A DNA stretch of 59,325 nt, the filler included, from Circinaria calcarea (lineage: Eukaryota), in the NCBI GenBank assembly GCA_051942165.1. It is 3 parts of 3 records of this genome, joined end to end, with 100 filler letters (N's around TTAATTAATTAA, not from the genome) between each part and the next. Parts side by side here need not be neighbours in the genome. Positions count along the whole stretch, not along the records: positions 1 to 19,749 come from JAVECS010000194.1; positions 19,850 to 39,576 come from JAVECS010000195.1; 1 more part is not named here. One strand, 5' to 3'. Position numbers and translations under genes: made by a program. The notes under the pieces are model-generated. The model searched no databases and was not told the origin of the DNA. It saw nothing but the letters and a program-made list of their open reading frames with translations. Shown one piece after another: positions 13,285 through 24,904 of this stretch. Numbering within the stretch: the stretch's first letter is position 1; every line of letters begins with the position of its first letter.

Positions 13285-13627
13285 CTAAGCCCCCCCTTCT
13301 TTCCTCCTGCTTTTTCTCGCCCGAATCTCTTCCTCCCCCAGTCCCGCCTTCGCCTGATCTTCCACCTTCTCCATCTGCCCATGCCTCCTCAAACTCTCAT
13401 TCCGCCAGTTGATTTGCCCGCCATCGGCTTCCCGATGCTTTTGCGCGTTGCGCTTAGCAGACTTGATGGAGGTGCGGGTGTAGACGAAGAGGAGGGAGGC
13501 CATGGTGAAAGCAGCGACGGGGGCGACGATGGTCTGGTTGTGATCGGCAGGCATTAATTACGAGGGGGGGAACGGGGGGAAATTGACCCACCCGCGAGTT
13601 GATATTGACATTTTTAAGAGTAGGCAT
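13285..13627 (-). CDS. Small conserved fungal single-TM protein of unknown function (~95 aa)
   Basis: MPTLKNVNINSR|gtgggt..caaccag|TIVAPVAAFTMASLLFVYTRTSIKSAKRNAQKHREADGGQINWRNESLRRHG...; in-frame splice, strong codon bias, pattern I recognise from Pezizomycotina hypotheticals. Confidence 0.75.
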
Positions 13628-13945
13628 GGCAGATAGACTCATGTGATTTCAGTGACCTCCATATTACCTATCTGTAGGGCACAAATGGACCTAACGTGGA
13701 TTGGAATATACACATCGGGGACTTGGTGATGGAAACGGCCTTATAAGGGAAGTTGAGCCACATTATGCAGGGATTCTACGGGATGACATTGGGCAAAGAT
13801 CGCCATGGATTGGGCATTTCCACTTTTATGGAGATATTTTAGAGATTGACCAGGGTGTGCAACTGGTATCTGTCTCTTTGCTTGACTGTCAACATGAAAA
13901 ATACTCTTAATATGATAAGGCTGGCAGGATAATCCGCTGTAAGCC

Positions 13946-15782
13946 ATGAAACCGTTCAGATCGACTGGACTTTTCGCCTCCACTACATCATGGACCTGCC
14001 GAAGATGTCTACAGAAACCGCGCAAAACTCCCCTAGACGCCTGGAGGTCCACATCAAGTACCGCAAAGGGAAGCGGCAACAGAAGACGAAAGAAAGGCCC
14101 TGTTGTCCTGTCTGCTGCTACTGGAACCTTGGCTGCTGGGACGTTGCTGTTTACGGACAATGTAAAGCACGGGTATGCTGCAGTTGAGAGAACAGCAAGG
14201 GTAGTGAGTACATTGGCTGTATGTATAAACGAGTGAGTAGGCTTAGCATCAAACAAATTGTAGAAGCTCAGCTAATTGCCTGCCTTGCAGTTACCGAGTC
14301 ACTCTCAAGCACAATAGCGACATGATCGAAGAGAACGCTGCCTTGCTTAACGCATGTCACAAGCGCTGTGCTGAGCGAACGCTCTCTGTCCTCGAAAAAA
14401 ATGGTTCTATATTTATCAAGCTCGGGCAGCATCTCAGTAGCATGAATTATCTCCTGCCACTCGAATGGACGGAAACTTTCATCCCTCTTCAAGACAGATG
14501 TCCTATCTCTTCTTATGAATCGATAGAAGCGATGTTCATCAAAGACACCGGACACCCAATTGCCAACCTCTTTGATGAGTTTGATAAGCAGCCCATTGGA
14601 TCCGCCTCCCTTGCGCAAGTCCACCGCGCGGTGATGAAAGATACTGGACAAAAAGTTGCTGTCAAAGTTCAGCACCCTAAATTAGAAGAATGGGTACCAT
14701 TGGATATGGCCCTTACACGTTTCACCTTTGCAACGCTCAAGCGCTTTTTCCCAGAGTACGATCTGGAATGGCTATCAAACGAAATGGAATTCTCACTCCC
14801 TCAGGAACTCGACTTTGCTCAGGAAGGCCGAAACGCCATAAGAGCAAGGGAATATTTCAAAAACATTCATGATGCACCTTTGGTCATTCCAGGCGTCAAA
14901 TGGGGTTTGAAACGCATCTTAGTAATGGAGTACATATCCGGCCATCGCCCCGACGATCTTAATTACATTGACTCCAACGGCATCGACAGAGACGAAGTTT
15001 CTGCCGCCTTATCCCGTATTTTTAACGAGATGATCTTTGGAGATGGCGCCCCCCTGCACTGTGATCCTCACGGTGGTAATATAGCCATCCGCAAGAACAC
15101 GTCACGGCGAAAGCCAAATTTCGATATCATCCTTTATGATCACGGTCTATACAGAGATATACCCAAGCAACTCCGCCGCGACTATGCCAAACTGTGGCTT
15201 GCTGTAATCGATGCGGATGAGGCAAAGATGAGGAAATATGCTTACGAAGTGGCCGGTGTTACTGATCTACAGTTCCCTCTCTTCGCAAGCGCCATCACCG
15301 GCCGTGACTATCGTGTCGTAACAAAATCGGTTGTCTCGGCGAGGTCAGAGCAAGAGAGAGACGAGATCTCGGGGGCTATGGGTGACGGAATGTTGCAGCA
15401 GCTTGTGCAGCTCCTCGGTCAAGTCCCAAGAATCATGCTCTTGATTCTAAAGACCAACGATCTGAGTACATGGCCCGCTTCTACCTTCACGGACTGCATT
15501 GTACTAACTATTTGTTTCCCAGCCCGCTCCCTCGATGAGAATCTCCACACCCGCCAGGGACCGGTCCACACGTTCATGATCCTCGCGCGCTATTGCAGCC
15601 GTACCGTCTTCCAAGAGCAACTGGAAATCATCCGTCGGCACGGTAGCGTGCTGTGGCCGAGCAATCTTTTCCGCCTTCTCGGTGCTTGGGGATCGTATAT
15701 GAGGGTTGAATTGAAGTTATCGATATATGAGTATTATCTTTCGTTGCGACGAGGCCTCGGGTATGGGGCCGCACCGTTATAG
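13946..15782 (+). CDS. ABC1/UbiB/ADCK atypical kinase (ADCK1/Mcp2-Cqd2-like), mitochondrial
   Basis: Arg/Ser-rich presequence-like N-terminus, FIKLGQ (KxGQ), ASLAQVH, VAVKVQHP, HCDPHGGN, LYDHGL; introns ~14233-14290 and 15466-15522. Confidence 0.93.
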
Positions 15783-16407
15783 ACATGATTAGAAGAGTGG
15801 ACTTTCCGGCTTTAGCGGGCAAGGGAATGGGCGTTTGACAGCACGGAGATACCGCATTGCATGTACAGCTTGGGAAGCACAGGATTACGGATGGTGTATA
15901 TACACTACTATTAATACGGCGTAGAGAGCACTGCTCAAGGCCTTTCGTGTCTAATAGACATCCGGATAGATCACACAAGTACTTTCGATAGAAGGAATAC
16001 GGCTGGTATGGGTGTCGCAAGGCTGTTCTACCTCGCGGCCTATTCGCAGGAGCCAGATGCCCGGTACCATACGTAGGAGAAGGTTCCACTACTCTGGTAG
16101 CCCCGATTTGGCCAACGATGCTGGCCGCACTGTGCTTGAACGCTTCAAGTAATTTGCGGAGTTCCGTACGTCACCGCGCATTTGCAAAGGCCCACGGAAT
16201 CGCTCCGACACTCTCATTGGATGCCAGGTTCCAGTTTTTCTGCAGGTCCCGAGGGCAGGAGGAGAACAAGCGGGGCCTTACGGAGGGAGCTCCTACCTAC
16301 AACGGGATAAGGTGGGTGGCGCCCCGAGTGTTAGCGCATGGCCGGACGGGGATCCGGAGATGGGAGGTGGGAAGATTGCCTGGGAAGAGCTTTATCGTGC
16401 ATCTCGC

Positions 16408-16421
16408 CACGTGCCCACGTG
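16408..16421 (+). promoter_or_regulatory. Tandem CACGTG E-boxes (Pho4/NUC-1/PalcA-type sites) upstream of alkaline phosphatase
   Basis: cacgtg-cc-cacgtg at 16408-16413 and 16416-16421, ~210 bp before ATG 16629; TATATA at 16553-16558. Confidence 0.6.
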
Positions 16422-16628
16422 CGGTTGAAGATGAAGCTGATTGAGCGAGGATGGAAAGCCTCCGCTGTCATTGCTGCGAGCGAGTCTCCCGGGAAGATCT
16501 CATGCATTGCGTCGTCGACGAGCTGGACAGGGCTCCTCTTGGGCAATGGAAGTATATAGCTCTTGGATGCCCTGCACCTGCATGGTTTGGATAGGTATTG
16601 GAAAGCGTCGCGAATCATCTCCTTGACC

Positions 16629-19007
16629 ATGTTTTCCTTAAAGGCAGCTGTTGCAGCTGCTGTGTTCTTTCGTCTGGCTTCGGCGCAGACCTTTCAAAGG
16701 CTGGGAGCATGCCCAACCCTCGGCTGTGTCTTTCCCCCCGATCAGTGAGCAATTTTGGGTTTCATATCTTCTGAGAACGCGTAGCTTTGGGTCCGGTTTC
16801 TGACCACATATGTTGCGCAGAGCAGATTTTCTCGCAGGCCAATACTTTGATATTCGCCTCGAGATCCACGCGCCGGTCAACGGCTCCGAAGCCAATGGCG
16901 GTGTTCCGGATCAGGCTTTCAAGTTCACGATCGCCAAAGACGGAGGCCGTCCGGTAGATGCGGCTACCTACTTTAAAGTCCCTGAACCAGCACTCGAACG
17001 CTGGAATTTTTCGTGGTACGAAGACCTTTTCGCTCAAGACGCAAAGACTCCGTCTGTGGTCAACGTTGCGTCCAAAGCATACAGGCGTGTTGCCTTGTAT
17101 GAGCCGGGTAGCTATATAGCCACGCTGTCATATTATAATGGCTCTACCACCGTTGCCGACTGGCTGGTGAGACCTCTCGCCGAGGTCAAAAGAGCCAAGA
17201 ATGTCATCTTGTTTATCGGGGATGGTATGACCACAAACATGATCACGGCGGCGAGGCTCATTGGTCACAAGAGCGTGAACGGGAGGTATCAGAGCAAGAT
17301 GATGATGGACCAGTTTCCCGTGGTCGGACATCAAATGGTAAGCAGCTAGAAATCTATTGACTCATTTCATGTTCGGCACCCCCTACCCTGGAAAAATAGG
17401 TGCACGACCTCTTCGCTCTTGGCTATTGTCCAGCCAAGCCGTCCAAAGTCGTCTTATCTTGGGGGGACGTAAAGCTGATACTACATCATAGACTCATTCA
17501 CTCGATAGCTTCATCACGGACAGCGCCAATTCTGCTTCGGCGTTGTACACTGGCCACAAATCAACGGTCAATGCTATGGGGGTCTATGCTGATTCCTCCC
17601 CGTCAGCGTTTGATGATCCAAAAGTAGAGACCATTGTTGAGATCTTAACCCGCGTTTGGGGTTCCGCCATCGGCGTCGTAACCACAGCTTTCATGGCTGA
17701 CGCCACTCCAATGGCGCTCACAGGTCATACTCGTGCTCGTTCGACCTATGGCGCATTGATTGACCAGCAACTAAGGGGAGTAACCAATTATACATGGACA
17801 AACTTTACTGGTCCAGACGTTGCCTTTGGTGGAGGAGCGGAGCAGTTCTATCCGGGCCGAACGTCTTACCAGGGCAAGAATTACTACGAGCAGTACGCTA
17901 ATGCGGGATACTCCATATCTCTTAATAAGACTTCTATGCAAGCTGCATCGAACACTACCAAGGCCTTGGGTATCTTCTCCGTGTCCAATCTGCCCGTCTG
18001 GCTAGACCGCAATGTCTACACCAACAATTTGAGGAATCGTTCAAACTCACCCGCTGGTGACAGGAAGGATGCTACGGATCTTCCTGGGCTGAAAGAGATG
18101 ACCTTGAAAGCAATTGATATTCTGCATGCCCGTGGTGGAAAGAAGGGATTCTTTATGATGTCGGAAGCTGCTTCTATTGATAAACAAATGCACGCACTAG
18201 ATTATGATCGTGCTCTGGGAGATCTTTTGGAACTAGACGACACGGTGAAAGCAACGGTTCAGAAGCTCAAGGACATCGGCGAGCTGAAAAACACGCTGAT
18301 TATAGTTACCGCTGACCACGGTCATGGCTTTGGTAAATTTTCAATGTCTTCTGATGTACATCTTTTCTAAACGTGCTATTCAGATGTTTTCGGTTCTGCC
18401 GATACGACATACCTCTCACAAGCCAATACCGACCGCAAGAAGCGTAACGCTATCGGTACCTACGCCAACAGTGGTCTCTCCCAATACACTGTCGCTCAAG
18501 CATCTAATAGCTCTCTCCAAGCGTCAACCGGCTCTCAGCTCATCTTCAATAGTGGGGCCGCCTTCCCTGCCAATTGGGATCCCAGATACACCCTTGCACA
18601 AGGCGTTGCTGCCAATCCAGACCATCGGGAGAATTACCGAGTACATAAGAACGGACCGCGTGTGCCGAGTACTAATCTGACCGGTGGGCTCGGAGGCTCT
18701 GACTTTTATGCGAATCCAAAGGATAACGTGGACGGCTTTTTGGTAACTGGGAATTTGCCAGTGGATGCGGACCAAGGCGTCCATTCATTGACTGACGTTC
18801 CTGTCTTCGCCATGGGGCCATGTCAAGAACTATTTTCCGGTAAGGAAACCATCCCGCAGTGTCTTGCCGGTTGTTTGGAAAGCGCCATGTGAGAAGCCGT
18901 ACTGATTGATAATCCTAGGCGTTTATGGTAATATCGACGTCTTCTTCAACATGGCCCAGTGTCTCGGCCTTGGACGCTCAAACAACGGTACAGGGAGAAT
19001 TAGATAG
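16629..19007 (+). CDS. Secreted alkaline phosphatase with N-terminal extension
   Basis: Signal peptide MFSLKAAVAAAVFFRLASA; KNVILFIGDGM, catalytic TDSANSA, FFMMSEAASIDKQMH, VTADHGH, VHSLTDVPVFAMGP; five exons, stop 19005-19007. Confidence 0.93.
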
Positions 19008-19567
19008 ATTAAAGGGGTTCTTTAATGAAGGTGTACGAGTACAATTCAGCCAATCTTGTCTACCATTGACCTTTTCATCGACGATGCCTCTTATTACTGC
19101 AACTGGTGCGTTCGGTTTGCCCAACATATTTGTACATAGGGTTCATAAACGCCAAAGTAATCAATAACCAAAATCACTGGAAAATTGACTTTTTCAATCG
19201 AGACTGCTACCACTACATTTATAAAAAATAATTCTCAATCTCAGAGATCAGTGTAAGCCGGTCAAAGCGGCGCGGGGTCACTCCTCACTCTCAGCGTTGA
19301 AGTTGTGTCTGCTAAAAAGATAGGCAGTACTCTGTCCCTTTTCATTGCATTGTTCCGCAGCCAATAGTGCTACTAATCGAGACCGAGACCCTGCCCCGCC
19401 CATGATGGATGCACCCCCATTCAGAAAATGTGGGAGTATAAAGACGGTAAAATCTCGACTCTCTGCGCCAAACTTGAGATGGTTTCGAGGGACCACCCTG
19501 CAGAATAAACCTCTGATCTACCATAGCGCCAGTGAAATTTTTTTTCCCAATTCCATTGAGTGACAGA

Positions 19568-19607
19568 ATGGAGGAGCAAGTCGAGCGGTTGGTTGATAAA
19601 GCCTGGG
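19568..19607 (+). CDS. First exon of a probable P-loop phosphoribulokinase/uridine-kinase-like (Yfh7-type) gene, truncated by the assembly gap
   Basis: ATG GAG GAG CAA GTC GAG CGG TTG GTT GAT AAA GCC TGG G|gtactt = MEEQVERLVDKAW, an N-terminus I associate with this fungal family; intron-like sequence then runs into the N gap. Confidence 0.5.
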
Positions 19608-19749
19608 GTACTTACTTACCACTATTGTTTCCACTTGAGCACACACACTTATTGTTTCCAACTTCTTTTTGTTCTTTTTTTCAATAAAAAGGAGGGAAAA
19701 AGAAGAAATCGATTTACTGATTACGACCCTTTGTCCCCCGGGGAGGGGG

Positions 19750-19849
19750 NNNNNNNNNNNNNNNNNNNNNNNNNNNNNNNNNNNNNNNNNNNNTTAATTA
19801 ATTAANNNNNNNNNNNNNNNNNNNNNNNNNNNNNNNNNNNNNNNNNNNN
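19750..19849. other. Assembly gap/contig linker (44 N + TTAATTAATTAA + 44 N)
   Basis: Exactly 100 nt with a six-frame stop linker; identical to the second gap. Confidence 0.97.
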
Positions 19850-20902
19850 TTCCTAGCCCCTGCAAATTCCCCACGCCCCTGATACCAATCCGTCATCACG
19901 CCCGTGCCGGACAGACACCACTAAAATGTTCCCCAAACTCACACCGCAACCGTCAACTCCTTCCCCCCCCCCCCCGGCGGGGTTTCCACGCCTTGACAAG
20001 AAAAGCAAGCACAGAGAAGAAAGAGAGGAAAGAGATTTGGAGTCACAGGTGTACGGCACGGCACAGAGGCGCGGGGGGATTTGCAGTTTCGGGCGAAGCC
20101 GGCATTCGATGCAGTTCCAGCCGGCAACCTAGGGGGCCCGGGGAGTCAAGTGGAAGAGTAGGTAGGGGTTCCCCTTTACGCTGGAAGGAAATTATACAAA
20201 GGGGGGGGGGGGTTGGAGAACCCGGTTCGAGAAAAACAATAAGATAAAGGATGGCAATGAATTAAGTTAAGACCCCCGGGGGGGTGGTAAACCATAATAA
20301 ATAGCGATTGGGGGGTTTTGGTAATGGTGTAAATCGTCACATTATATTTTTTTGGGGGGGGATGTGAGGTTTTCAAGTGAAAAAGCGTTTTGGAGTTTGA
20401 TTACTGTGGGGAGATGGGGAACACACATTTCAGGGGTATACATGGGAGGACAACTATAGTAAGCGAGCGAGTTCCCAAATGGAAAAGAGTTGTAAAACGC
20501 CCCCGCCTACGGAACAGCAATTTGGATCTTATGCTCCTTTCTTTTTTTCTCCCAACAAGAAGATATCCCGCTGTTTGAAATCCCCCCCGCTCGCGAGGGA
20601 AGAACCAAGATGCCGTTTGCTGCGGCTTATGAATCTCGTTGCTTTTTGTCAACTTATCGCATGCTTGAGAAGGCTTAGTTTCATGCCGATTGGAAAGGAA
20701 GTCTACTTCGTTTCTGAGAGTGGGTTGGTAGAATAGCTTGTTGAAAAAAATGCTAGGTCTTAGAGAGTAACACAGCCTCTGTTAGTAACGCTGTGTAGCT
20801 CCACACTGCACTGTATACACCACTACCAGCATTAAAAACTCGTCGCGCTAAACATTGATACCTTGAGCAATTCGAAGCCGCACTCGCCACAGCGAGCCCA
20901 GC

Positions 20903-22630
20903 TCAACCCATTGCCATTCTCCCTCGTACCAAGGCCCTTACCCCCTTCGAATCAAGCCTGGGATGTGCGACTTGATAATCGTGCCGGAACTCCACGTCGG
21001 AGATGTCGGTCTCGAAAAGCTTCATGTCGTAGCGTGCCATGGCCGCAATGACGAGATAGAGCTCTGCATGCGCCAGGTTGATGCCGATGCACTTCCTACC
21101 GCCCTTGCTGAATGCCATTTGATATTTACGCCTCTCCGCACCCTCAAGACCGAGCCACCGGTCGGGGTTGAAGGTCCATGGGTCGGGAAATACCTTCTCG
21201 TCGGTGTGAACACAGAGAGACGTCATGCTCACTGGCGTCCCAGGCGGGATTTTGTAGCTTTTATATTGCAGTGCTTCGTCGGGTGCGACTCGACATGTCC
21301 TGCCTGTTACACCAAATGATAAGCGGTTGCCCTCGGTAATCACAGCGGTGAAGTATGGAAGTTGCTCAAGCTCGGTCCAGGACGCCGCGTCCGGAACTGT
21401 TCGGAGTTCAGCTCGTAGTTTCGCTAATATCTTAGGATTGGCCAACAGATGGAAATGGGTAATCACTATGGACTTGGCTGTTGACTCAGTACCTGCAGTT
21501 TCTATTAGGTACATTGGTGCAAATTATGTGCAGTTGCAAATGAGAATAGATGTTACCAGCCATGATTAATAACACTCCTTCCTGCTCGAGCCGCGTCAAA
21601 CTCTTTTCTGGCGCTGGTAACGTAGGACTGTCACGTAGCTCGTAGAATATCGAGCGCTTTTCACCCTTTTTGACGTTATCTTTGTCGTCTAGGACTTGCT
21701 GGATGTCAGCTCGTATCTTCTGCTAATTTATCAGTAAATAACAGGCAGGGAAGGGCTAGTATTCACCGTTGAGAGTTCCATCATGTTGATCACGCCAGGG
21801 GGTACAAGATTTTGGCTAAGAGATAATGGTAGCTTATCCAATGCATCAATAACCCACGGAAAGTGTGCACTAAACTTCACTCCCAACAATAACTCTGTTA
21901 AGTTGCGACGCAACGTACCACATTCTGCCTCGTCTTTCAGGAGATTGTTGTTATTTCCAAAGCTGTATTGTGAGACGACACTGGATTAGGTCAGCTAAGG
22001 GCGAGGAATATCTAGGGACTTTGCCTACTCCATAGCGAGGCCGAAATAGAGGTCGGATAGATTAGCAGGCGTCTGCTGCTTCATATGTTCTTCGAGGGCC
22101 TGACAGAGTTGTTCTGCCTTCCGACGGATCATGGACTCCAGACCCAGGACGCTCCTCTTGTTAAAGAACAGATTAAGAGCTTCTCGCCGCTGTTTATGAA
22201 TGTCGAAGTTTGTGGTCCCTCCGACTGATAGCTTCAGCGGGAAACTCGCGACCTGAAACCAATCCTTATCTCGTCTACGGAGTGACGGTGCGTAGAGATC
22301 GTCTAGAAAATCAAGGTCTTTGACATGCAGCTCTCTTGGTGTGACTCGTACGATGGGGCCTAGGGATACTCAAGTTAAAACAGAGCGATTGGATTCAATG
22401 CCTTGATAGTTACCATATTCTGCATGCAAATCCCTGATCTTGAAAACATACTGGCCCGGTTGAACCACATCATAGTAGAACTCGTACCATGAGGTCAATG
22501 CAGCAAGCCTTGGGCCCGGAAACTTCGCTAAAGGACTCAGAAGGAGTCTATATAATATGGTGTATATGATCCATCCAAGCTGAAGAACAAGGGCTGTATA
22601 AGTTATCTGGGTCCAAGAGACTACCGTCAT
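20903..22630 (-). CDS. Cytochrome P450 monooxygenase (secondary-metabolism type), apparently intact, five exons
   Basis: N-terminal TM + PLAKFPGPRLAALTSWYEFY, GPIVRVTP, I-helix AG|TEST, ExxR (EGNR), FNPDRW, heme motif FSKGGRKCIG; all exons splice in frame without stops. Confidence 0.93.
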
Positions 22631-23234
22631 CACGGAAAGAAGCCAAGGACCGAGAAGCAGGAGGTTCTCTGCCGCGAAGGCCAAGCAAGAAGCTGAAGGC
22701 AGGCTAGGGAAGCCAACAGGAGCATGCAAAATCAGAGACGCTCGCAGACTCGACCGCGGCGATCCCTTGGGATATCCTGAAACCCTCTGCCTGGGGCGAA
22801 TTCAGAATACCTGGAGATGGATTTGGCAGCAGGAGAGAAAGTCAGAAAAGGCATCTTGCGCCGGAAGGTATCCCTCGACAGGAGCATGCAAAGTCCTGTG
22901 CAGTTCCACTGTTGGAAGGAGGCGCGGGGGAGGTAAGGCGTAGTACGGAGTAGGGGATGGCTGAAAGATTACCCTTAGCGCTGACGGGAGAACTAATGCA
23001 CGATTTGAACGTGCCGCTCCCGGGCCGCAGTCAGGGTGCCGCATGCTTGGCGGTAGATCTTCCCTGATTCCTCCCATACCGTGAACCTGTGAGGTGTAAG
23101 ATATTTGCTTGTGCAATAATGGCCTGGATTTTGCTCACTTCTTCCCTGACATTGAACACCTGACACTGTTTGGTTTAAGAAACATAGGCTTTTATCATGG
23201 TGGAGTCGAAACTGGTGCTATTATGAACTGATAT

Positions 23235-24074
23235 CTATACCATCGCTTCTTCCATCGCAGTGTCCTCATTAATCGATATTGGCGTAGTCGTATCCCGATA
23301 GCACGCAGAGTTCTCTGTAGCCCAATCGCGGAGAGCTGACCAATCCCTACACTTCCGGAGCTGACAGTCACCGGTGATATTAGGGCCCCAGCTACTCAAG
23401 AGGGTTTCCCCAGCAGTGCACATAACGTACTGCCGGAGGCTGTCGAAACAGTGCGTAGAGTGGCCGGCTGGATAAGTCAAAGGTTCGCCTCTGCTTATTT
23501 CATAAAGGTCTTTCGAATTATAGTCTAGAATATCTGTCATCAGTATTAAGTCGCACCAAAGACATCCTGGACATACCAGGCAATGAAGCTAATGATAAGC
23601 ATCAATGACATAAACGCCTTTGCTAGAGTCACTGGGCAAACTCATTGACTCCGGTAATCGTTTCTTAGTAGCCCACTGATGGTCAACGGCAACAATACCA
23701 TGGGCAGGAACAATGGCATTCCAAGCTCGGTCAACCGTTGGTACATCGCTGATCTCTAGGGAGCTATATTGAGACCACCAGTTGTATTAGATTCATCTTT
23801 CTGAAGAAGGACTTATACCTGCTGGAAATCAAATTAGTCGACTATTGCAGGTAATCGACTATAAAAACGTACTATAACTATGAGCCAATGTGCTCGACTC
23901 AAGGTGATGAATAAGAACCATCAGGGAAAGGGCAAAGGTTGATAACCCCAGAACGAACAGTGCTACTTCTTTCCAACACCGCAAAGGACGCCTCAAGAAA
24001 GTCCACAGTATGCCATCTCTTTCGTGCTCGACATCCCGACCCAGAGGCATATACGAAGCTTTTGATATTGCCAT
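23235..24074 (-). pseudogene. DUF3328/UstYa-family oxidase pseudogene
   Basis: N-terminal TM; GVYVIDAYH*LHCL and HSTHCFDSLRQYVMC (two HxxHC motifs), CRDWSALRDWA. In-frame stops TGA 23793-23795, TAA 23787-23789, TAG 23589-23591, and an apparent 1-nt frameshift near 23505 (TIIRKTF/YEISRG). Confidence 0.85.
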
Positions 24075-24904
24075 TTTGCACCTTTAGTCAGTGAACAGAT
24101 GAGAAAGGTGTGAACAAGAACTCAGATTCTATTGGGCATCAAGGGACGATAGTAGAAGAGAGGCGATTATCGCTGAGAAAGCTCTCACCGTCCCACAACC
24201 CCCAATCTCCTCAATGGGCGCCGAGAAGGCGCCGGGAACATCACTAATAGTTCTTAGTATCTCAGGGTAGTCTCGTTTTAATTCTGTACTGTAGGATCAA
24301 AGCTCAGGCACCTCCCGTAGATCTCTACTCCAAGCCCACTGTAAGGCCAACATAAGCTAAAATAGTCAAACTGGCAGACGGCGCAGGCAACGGGTCGAAT
24401 ACTATGCGGGATAGGCAGTCATCATTGGTTTCGATGGACTGATGGTGGTTTACATAGGTCAGCCAAGTCCGACTAGAGTACTCCCGCTTTTACAACTCCG
24501 TAAGGCACAGCATCCCACAGCGGAGAGTACGATAAGGCCCTGCATATGAAGCATACACACTCTACGGACTATGCTCCATATCTGGATCTCATTGCAACAC
24601 GACCGGACGCATAGTACATATGGCCGTTCCATGGTGTTTCAAAATGCGCCAGCCGATCCCAGCGCTTCCACCAGCCAAAAAATACTTGGGTATGGCTGTC
24701 TATCGGGCTTGGCTCCTTGTCCTAATTGCTTAACGCTTGCATTGATTCCAGGATATAGACTGCCATACACACTGTATAGCAGCAGTCTAGGACAATACAT
24801 ATCGAGAGGTTCCCGTTCAGTACCATCATCAAGCCTTCGCTTCTTCCTCGGGTTTCCTATCCCTCCTTTCAAAGTGTTTTCAAGGCACCAAAAATAAAGC
24901 AACA

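Noticed and set aside
19794..19805. Palindromic TTAATTAATTAA, repeated at 39621-39632, as a biological site
   Set aside because: Flanked by exactly 44 N on each side both times; a six-frame-stop assembly linker.
19926..20247. ORFs just right of the first gap (DLESQ-containing, possible membrane-protein tail)
   Set aside because: Homopolymer-rich contig end with no recognisable domain; not supportable.
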